DNA of 64,000 bases from Phoronis australis (Eukaryota > Animalia > Phoronida): contig NMRA01000009.1 of the NCBI GenBank assembly GCA_002633005.1, positions 1,571,858-1,635,857 of the forward strand. The letters run 5' to 3'. The notes under the pieces were generated by a model. That model had not been told where the DNA came from, ran no database searches, and saw only the letters and a program-made list of their open reading frames with translations. Positions 55,601 through 64,000 of this stretch are shown one piece after another. Each line of letters starts with the position of its first letter. Positions within the stretch are counted from its first letter, which is position 1. A program made the translations under genes and the position numbers.

Positions 55601-58600
55601 TTCGAATCTTAACAAAATTTTGAAAAAGAAACACTGTTTTCGACGGAAGGTTCTGTACTACCTTCTGGACAAGTCTATGTATTTTGCCAAATATCTAAAA
55701 ACTTCTTACCAATTTTCCATTAATTAGGTCACGTGACCATGTATTTTCAGAAAAAATTAGCAAAAAATGTACAGTCATAGCAAAATAACAGCATAAATAA
55801 TATCACCAAATTCTGGTTGATGTGATACCTCAAAACTGCTGTTACAGTTTTCTGGATTATCATTTCGATTTCACTTTATGCAACTTTCAAGTTTTTTCAC
55901 TAAAATGAAAATAGTTCTATATTTTGTAAGTCCCTCATGCATAGGTGAATGTTTTAAAGCAATTCCTAAAAGCGTTTTGCAGAACCGTGCATAAAGTATG
56001 GTATCTTCAAAGTTTCAAATGAATCCGACCACCAATTCATGAGACATGACGTTCCAAAGTACACAAGCACAAGAGAGACTTGAACCATGCTGTTTCCTGA
56101 CATACAGTTCAGAAAGAACACCTACCTGCCTGTTCCCTGTTGTTTGGTGAAAACTCTCAATAGAAACTCGCCTTCGTCACCTTCAACATAGGTAATAGGG
56201 GCAACTAGATAACAGCCTGGCTCAGTGAACATACGCACACACACGGACTCGGAGTGCTTGAAGGTAGACTCACAGCTCTTAGGTTCTAATACGTAACCTG
56301 ACTGGGTTGACTTCATCTAAACAGAAGAAATGTCATTATAATACCAGGACAAAACTAACTGTCAAAAGTTGTGATAAGGAGACAATGTATGTACAATACA
56401 GTTCTGTAGTATCAATACGACATCATCCACATTTTTGAACAAGTGTTATACAATTTTTTACTAAACTTCATTTGCTCTAGCTGTCATCTAGTTTCATTCC
56501 AGCTCTTGTCTTTTTAGAATACAGGGCGATATTAAATTAAGCAACCCAAATCTTGTTGTTCCCAAAAAGAATAGATAGCACAGTGTTTAAGAAGGAAGTT
56601 ATATGATTCAAAGGTAATTGTTAGGGACCATTGAACTAAATGCGTGTGCTATACGGTGATTTTCATGACACAAATGTACTTTCCAACCATAATGTTGATA
56701 TCAACAACTTACTTTCCAAACTTTTAAGCTGACAGCTTTTACACCATCCTTTTTTATGCTGCAGTTTTGTATGAGTTCAAAGACAACGGGTATCTTGTCA
56801 TCAGATCCTACAACAACACAATGCACACAGAAGGATAATTACCAAGTACACATCTTGAGTACAAATAACACCACCAAGTGAGGACCACGTTTATACTTTT
56901 TAGTCCATATTATCTCCATTCCCAGAATCTTTTGCTTACATTGGTGAGTTTGTTTAGACATTCTGAAAACCCAGAGACCGCATGTGTTGATGGGTGCAGC
57001 GCTCCTTTGGCTACTGACGAAACATTAAGGACACCTGATGCTAATACTGGATATATTTCTGCAGCAGAAGGCAAACTATTCACTTAGACATTATTGTGAA
57101 ACTGCCCATGGATGTTTTTGTGATCTTTACTTTTCCAACCAAACATCAAAAGGGTTGAAGAACTTGGCTTTTGAGTGAAAAGATGGAGAAAAGTGTTACA
57201 TATCTGCTTTACCCAGAGTAACATGTTCACAGTTTTCACAAGACAGAACGAAAGCATTACAGCACTATTGAAAAGGTTTTGTACATGAATAACTTACCCA
57301 CAAGTTCCACTCTATACAATGGGTTATCCATAGGCCTTTTCCACGACGCAGCAGTGTCCCCTTTCCACTCGCCATACATACACACAACATGATCTGTAAC
57401 GAAAAACTCGATATATGAGAAGAGTAGTGTAGTGTGTACACTGGCACCTGTGCTAGGAACAAAATGGTCGTGAGTAAATGACCATGTGCTCAAATAGTAA
57501 ACTGGCACAGCTTGACAATGGTGAGACAACATACCTCACCTCTTCAACAAAAGGCATGTTGAGCCTGATCGGCCATGCTGCAGCATTGAAAACGCCCACA
57601 TGGACTGATGGAATGTCAGGGTGTTGGTAATTATCAGCTACACTCATGTTCAGTTCAGCCCTCCTGGGAATCTGCTGCGCAATTCTCAATTGTTGATTGT
57701 ACTGAATAGATGGTTTTACATGTCGATACCAAGAATGTTTTTGAGCATACCATAATGGTTGACAATAGGGTTTGTTAAGCATTGGTTGCTTCATTGATCA
57801 CACAAAGAACAGCGACCAATCAACTGCCTCTATTACCATACGTTCATTACAATTTATTAACAAGTATGAGTCAGTCCATCTGAATATATGGTTAGAGGGC
57901 TTACACAAGGAATGTTTTCACAAAATATGCCTACAGGGTGTACATTTGGCTAAAAATTTGAATGGCTAATCTAAAACTCAATTCCCCCATTTTACAGAAA
58001 ATGGACACCAAAGCCTTTCCTTCTCAATAAATGACTGGGTCTTGTTATAGTATATTATTCAACAAACTTGAGAATTTTTCATTCAAGTACTGGCAATGTC
58101 GATACACCAGCCGCCATTGAAATGCCCAGGCAAATGTGCAACTCTGCTAAATACGTGCCAGAAATTTGGTTTCAAAACTACAATCTTTCAAATATATCAC
58201 TCCAACTTCTGTACGAAAACTCCAGTTAGTACAGTGAAGCAAATTTTTGACAATACTTGTTGATGGCACTACTCACCCAGTCCATCAATGATACCATCAC
58301 TGTCCACATCTGGTGATATGCTGCTGATAACACAGTTTCGAAACCTGCTACAAAATGAGACCATACTCATCCAGAATTCTCCGTCCAGACGTTTCCTTAG
58401 TAATTGCTCTCTTAATGAATTCTCAACACTGTTCCATTTCGCAGAACTGAAAATAGAATATAGTTCTTACAGATTACGCATTGCGGTTATTAGTTTGAGA
58501 TACTGTCACAGAACAAAAAAAGATTACGTCAAAATCCGTTTACAAAGACCTTGAAAATGACCCCAAGGTCACCAAAACCACAAGATATCAAGAGATCTCC

Positions 58601-61600
58601 CAGTCAAATATTTGTATCAAATACAAATAAAATTTTTGTTACTCATCATTGAGACTTGACATTAACAAGAATTACATAGACAAAGTCTTTATTTCCACAC
58701 TTAGTGTTTATTCTTGCAAACAAAAAATAACTTCTAAAAATGGCAAATTGCTCCTGCTAAGCAAGACACCCCAAAATGAACACACTATAATGTACAACTA
58801 GATGAAAGTATAAGATATGTACAACTCTTGAGCAATTGAAACGTTTTGGCCAAATTCCTGATTGTGAAATGTAATACAAAAATGAAATGAATCAGTTAAC
58901 TTCATGAATGATTTTTTTGCATTTTACACCAGTCCCCTGCACAAGCACTTCAACACTGTTGCGCTCAAGTTGCTACTGATTCTCCACCTCTAATGGTTAA
59001 TCATTTAGTCCTCAACTGATGGTGGGTAGATGTACTCTCACCCTTGGCCCCCATCCTGGCTATGAACCTCCAAAAGGGAAAATTATTCTTACTTATCAGA
59101 CCAGGCACCTGTCCACTCAGTAGTACCCCAAGGGTTCCTCAGTCGCACCAGATGAACCTTTTTTTCTGATGATGTTACCTGTGTAATAATAAACAAGACC
59201 TTAGTACATAATGTTATTAAGCACTGCTAGATATTTCTGACTTGTTTTAACATGATTTACAGTGTCCTATGAAGCTAACAATAACAATAGCAATAACAAA
59301 AACAATAATAATAATGATTACAACAATTAACACTATTAATACTATTGTCACAAGACTAACAAAGAGCGTAGTAAGATAACCACTGTGTGCTTTATAAACG
59401 GCAAAGATATAAGATATAATGAATTTAAAAATGATACGAGTCTACGTAGAGAGTGCAGCGCAGACAATTGACAAATGTGATCCTGATACTTATAGATTGC
59501 TGTAAAGAAAACTAAAATCACCATTTTTTGGAAAATGAAGCATAGAACCTTTTTGTTATGTCCGCTTCCACCAAACAACGCACATTTAATTTCCTTGCTG
59601 TAAGATATCTTTCACCCAACATGTAACACAAAAAACTAATTTTCCTGTAATACTTTACCTCAGCAGTTCCAGTGATAGAATACGCGTGTAAAGTCACCAA
59701 GCCCAAGTCCTTCCCATTTAGCTTAGCCTGCAGTCAAAGATTATGAATAGTATTCATTCCAAGCACTTAATACAAGTAACGCAGTCATGCCCATGATTTT
59801 CTTGCTTACTTTCTACATGAAATTAAGAATCAACATAATTCACCATTATGTGGACATCAGCAAAAGAGCCTGATGTTATAGGGACTTTTATTACAACACT
59901 ATGATGGCCAGTGAATAAGAGAATTTGTTGTGACGTGAACCAAACCTACAATACATTCTTCATTTTAATATACCACTTCATCAACTGACTGCTCAAGACA
60001 TGTGTCTTACTGTGCCAGGTAATATTAGATGTCATGAAATCTAATAATAACTGACATGCATCCAATACGTAAGTACATTTCACCCAAATGACACTGAGCA
60101 CAAGAAGTGCTTACAGGAACTTCTGCTGTTGCTACAGATTCTGATGACAAACAGTTGGATAGTCTTTTCCACATGGCTTTCTCTTTTCCTTTTTCTAACG
60201 ACAAGTCGTAGATCTCTGACAGTCCCCCAGTCAAGGCAGCGAAGCCATCTGCTAAATATCCTCCTGAACAATTTGCGTAACCTCCACTCATCCTACAATT
60301 AGATATATTGCTAAATAGTTACTGATCTTCATCATGCCTAGAACTCCAGAGTCACACTTGGCATATCTCTATTTCTAACAGATCATTAGGTACTATATCT
60401 CATTTCCCAATCGGCAACTATTATGCTTCTTACTCATAAGCCGCATGCATTTGCACAAGAGACAGCTGACCTGGAACAGCTAACACGGAACAGCTGTTGC
60501 GGTGCAAGAGTGCACATAAACACGACTAACACGGAGCGAGCGACACCACGGCGGTCAGTTTTTGACACCAGTTTGATAGGTAGAGCCAGTTACACTCTAT
60601 CAGTTGCTCCAGTGTCAACTACAAATCTAAACACAACTGGGGGAGGGAAGAAATGGACCATCTTTCAATGCACTTGTGCAATAGCAGCCTGTTATTCGAG
60701 TGATCAGCTGGCATTTCACATGATTTGGACATTCGCTATAGTTTATGCAAGCATGCACAGAGAGTCTTCGTGTAAGTGACTCATGCTGATCCAGTTTGCG
60801 ATCTAATGTTGTGTAAGCGCAACTAAAGTGGAGCAAGTCGCGCCGTGACAACTGACTCCGTGACAACTGTCTCTCGTGTAAGAGCGGCTATAGAGATTAC
60901 ATAGCTACTAATCACAGCACCTGGACTTTTATGACCGGCCAATATGTCTGGGGATTTGGGAACAGAGATCAGTGGCAAATTTAGAGGGAGGCCAAGGGGG
61001 CCATGGCCCCCCTAAAATTCTCCCAGATTCCATTTAACAATTTGGGAGTGTGAATATCAGCCAGGCAAAATCCTGGCTATTACTCTGCCCTAACTTAAAA
61101 TCCTTGATCCACCCCTGGAGATGGATGTCGATAACAATTGCTGCCTATTCGAGGCAACATTCTTTTCTGACAACAATGCAGACTATGAAAACTAAATCCA
61201 TCACTGAAAATTGATCTTTTTCATTGACTGTTTGAACCACAAAAATCAGTTAACCACACCAGAAAATGACATGTAACACACATTTCAACAGCTGTTCCTT
61301 TGTTGACAGGTTCCAACCTGAACAACACAATGAAGCGACTTGACCTGTAAGTACCATCACACAACAGAGCGCTTATCTAAGTGATTTAAATATCCCAAAG
61401 AATGCAGTAAAATTTAAACGCAGGAGGTCATCATGGGTTTACGACAAGAGGTAATGGGGAACTAGCAACTTATTTTTTCTCCATGTTGTGAACACATCCA
61501 CTACCACAAGAAACTGTAGGAACACGGCATTTATCCACCTTCACTCTTATCAGGCTTCTATTGTGAGTCAGCATGCGTGAATAATTGGCTGATAAGCCGC

Positions 61601-63334
61601 CTCTGGAACTACTTTTGGCTGAATGGATGACCAGGCCATAAAATGATAATTAGCCAAGACCAGTTAACTAATGCAACAAAGAATAATGTTGTAGCATCAC
61701 CTGGCCTCAGTTTAAAGCTTTATACTGTATTGGCTCTAATAAACACTTAGAAAAATTCATTTCACTGGGAGGGGACGCTTATTGTAGCCTAAGGCAGTTG
61801 AAACCTGGTTTCCGAAACGGGTAAAATCGGAAGCTAGGATTCATCAAATTTACGCTCTGTGACGTATTTGTAGCCTATGACAGTCTTTCTACAAAGTTGT
61901 GATGCATTGCTATCAAACTCCGTTGTTAAATTACGATCATTTTTCAAAAAATTGTGCTGAAATCCCAGGGCGAAAACTTGCCGACTGATACATCGCTGAA
62001 TCGTGATCATCAAGGTGGATAAATACGGTCTAGTTCAATCTGCTAAACCCCACCGTTTACCCTCTGATAGGCGGGTTTGGGCCAATCTTATTTAGTGGGA
62101 ATGTTTATAGCATGCATTATTATGCGATTCCAATATTTAACAAAATCCAAAGTCTCAGCAATACAGCGAAATTTATTTATTAGATCATGACGGAGGATTA
62201 AGTAGATTTAAACGTCATTACTATAGGAAGATTTTACAGCATTTTCATAAATTCTCTGCCTGATCATGCTATAACTAATATGGCACCTACTAAATCATGC
62301 ACTGTCTGGTTAGATGAAAATTGAGATTCTAAAAAGGGTACTTACTTGGCTAATGCCTTCTCAAGGAATGACACCCACAATTCACCCTTCTTACAGCCAG
62401 CTCCCCACGGCTCCCCATGACTAACAGCTATAAAATCATCCATATATATGTCATGGAATCTTCCAAACTTCCACAATCTCACATGAACAACACCAGTATC
62501 CTCATTGTAGGCATCTTCAGGAAAGATCTAAAATCAAGGTAAAGTCATGAACGATTTTAACAGTAAACCAAAACATCACTCGAATTACAAACGACAACCA
62601 AGAGGTTCTACAATCGTTTATGCTTCTTGAGCCATGAAAATAGATTGTATTGGCTTTTGTACACGGCCGACAAAGCCTAAATCTCTGACTGTTTCAAATA
62701 ACTTGAGCTTCACCTATCATGATGGTGACAGTAGTACAGTGCATACCATGCCACCTACTGGAGCTTTTATTGTTAGACATTTGTGAGATATTTGCTATGG
62801 ATTGTGGGAAACTGGTATATAATTTCAATCAGAATGAAAACAGCCATTGAATCCAATCAGAATGAAAACAGCCAGTGAAACCATAGAGAGAGAAACCATA
62901 AAGAGATTAGAGCTGCGAGTCTTATGTTTATAAGTGACGAACTATGTTCACGACTGCGACAGACATGTTGTTTCCATCCCTGGCAAATGTAACCATTGTG
63001 CTCCAACTGGCGTCATTCACTCCCACCTGGGTGACACTTTCTATGGTCTGGATTAGGAGGACTTGCATTCTGCAAGACTGTGCTCTGGGATGGGATTTCT
63101 CCTAACTGTAAAAAGGTCACATCACCAAACTGCAACAGTTTATTTGATAGGTTACGGAGAGGGAGGAGTGCACTTACACCATCCGTAGAGTAGACACATT
63201 ACCTGTTTCATAATCTCTTCTTTATCAGCAATAACGGCCACAACAGACAGGAAGAAGCATGTGCCAGCAGAGCCCTGCTTAATGTCGAACCGATCAGTGA
63301 CACCTTTGAACAGTGCTACGTTCTTCATTATTTC
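49686..63334 (-). CDS. Non-classical calpain (CysPc-CBSW-CBSW), 5' end not found in window; exons 63334-63203, 62527-62346, 60292-60115, 59727-59659, 59178-59093, 58446-58277, 57393-57298, 56807-56713, 56316-56126, 55242-55160, 54585-54475, 53800-53721, 50306-50071, 49701-49686
   Basis: Catalytic motifs DIKQGSAGTCFF (Cys), LHAYSITG (His), RLRNPWG (Asn), plus ELWVSFLEKALAK, ALTGG and DGEFWMS. Two domain III repeats: GEWKGDTAA..NPLY..PGCYLVAPITY..GEFLLRVFT and GQWIKGVSAGG..FHTNPQY..PGRYVAIPTT. 1725 nt in phase. Confidence 0.9.
51370..53055 (+). mobile_element. Non-autonomous element (Helentron/pearl-like by inference) with central array of 11 ~148-bp monomers arranged as a ~445-bp trimer
   Basis: CCACTAG-type cores at 51458, 51602, 51757, 51909, 52052, 52199, 52352, 52497, 52645, 52793, 52940; AAAAATGGCCACTAG recurs every third unit; CGGACG-like tail near 53005. 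Confidence 0.7.
54825..54930 (+). mobile_element. Degenerate tRNA-derived SINE-like fragment
   Basis: GAAGGTCCTGGGTTCAAGTACC B-box context, with a (TATG)n tract downstream. Confidence 0.35.
60970..61097. mobile_element. Short hAT-like MITE, same family as 894-1042
   Basis: CAGTGGCAAATTT...GATCCACCCCTG; internal sequence shared with 894-1042. Confidence 0.55.
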
Positions 63335-64000
63335 CTGAGAGCAGAACAAGGTTGAATGTTAAACAAATTGAAAACCAGCAATGATGTTTCAATAAATAAA
63401 TGGTCTAAGGAACATCTAAATATAACAATTAAAGATACAATTTCCTTACATTGCAATGTTGATGTTTGACGCAATTTTGTGTGGTAGCAAATCTTGTAGT
63501 TTCAATACACATACGACAAAAAGTAACATATTTTAAGGGTAATCTAACCAGAAATAAAATTCAATAAATAGAAATGAAATGGTACCCTTGTTTAGGTTAT
63601 TATGTGTTCACAATTATATCGTTGCCAACATTCCAAAATGAAATCATTAGAATGCGGACTGTTCGGACTCCATGTACTCCAGTCAATAATGGGTACATAA
63701 CCATGGCTTGCAAATCGTGATGCGGGACAGAAAAGCATGGGAACGTTAAAAGCACTGGATTTTCATCTGGACTAACTGGTCAAAATACTAACTGGTCAAA
63801 AAACAAAAGCAATTTCATGTTTTTAAGCCAACTTTTATTGTATTTCTTTGGGGGAAAATGATTCTAACATAACTTTTAATGAGTAATCAAAATCACTAAA
63901 GTTTCAGGGCTCATACAGGATTGCAATTCATATCAGCCGCTGTTTCATTGCTGTAGTCATGAGGTAATTGCCCTGTGCCAAACAAAAGGAACTTTAGCAG

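Noticed and set aside
57453-57794. 113-aa ORF as an additional calpain exon
   Set aside because: No calpain motifs; its donor phases (0 or 2) do not fit the next phase-1 exon, and the neighbours join without it.

Overview
Eukaryotic, AT-rich animal genomic DNA, probably a marine invertebrate deuterostome (taxon inferred, not demonstrated), from a draft assembly with single-N gaps at 5727, 18246, 23376, 27245 and 33254. Five spliced genes were reconstructed by hand, with exon phases that close: NDUFB7 (+, last two exons), a 7-exon class I SAM methyltransferase of a bacterial/algal-looking family (-), MAGOH (-, with a GC-AG intron) head-to-head with WDR83/MORG1 (+), and a 5'-truncated non-classical calpain with two tandem CBSW domains (-). 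Most short ORFs in the track are spurious. Repeats include a decayed Gypsy pol carrying a nested solo LTR, several MITEs, tandem arrays and two gap-flanking duplications. Two structures stand out: (1) a complete 547-bp TRIM in MAGOH intron 1 whose LTRs each contain a tRNA-like Pol III promoter, with tRNA-Ser PBS, PPT and 4-bp TSD; (2) a dispersed repeat family whose ~148-bp monomers each carry a same-orientation CTCF-consensus-like motif.
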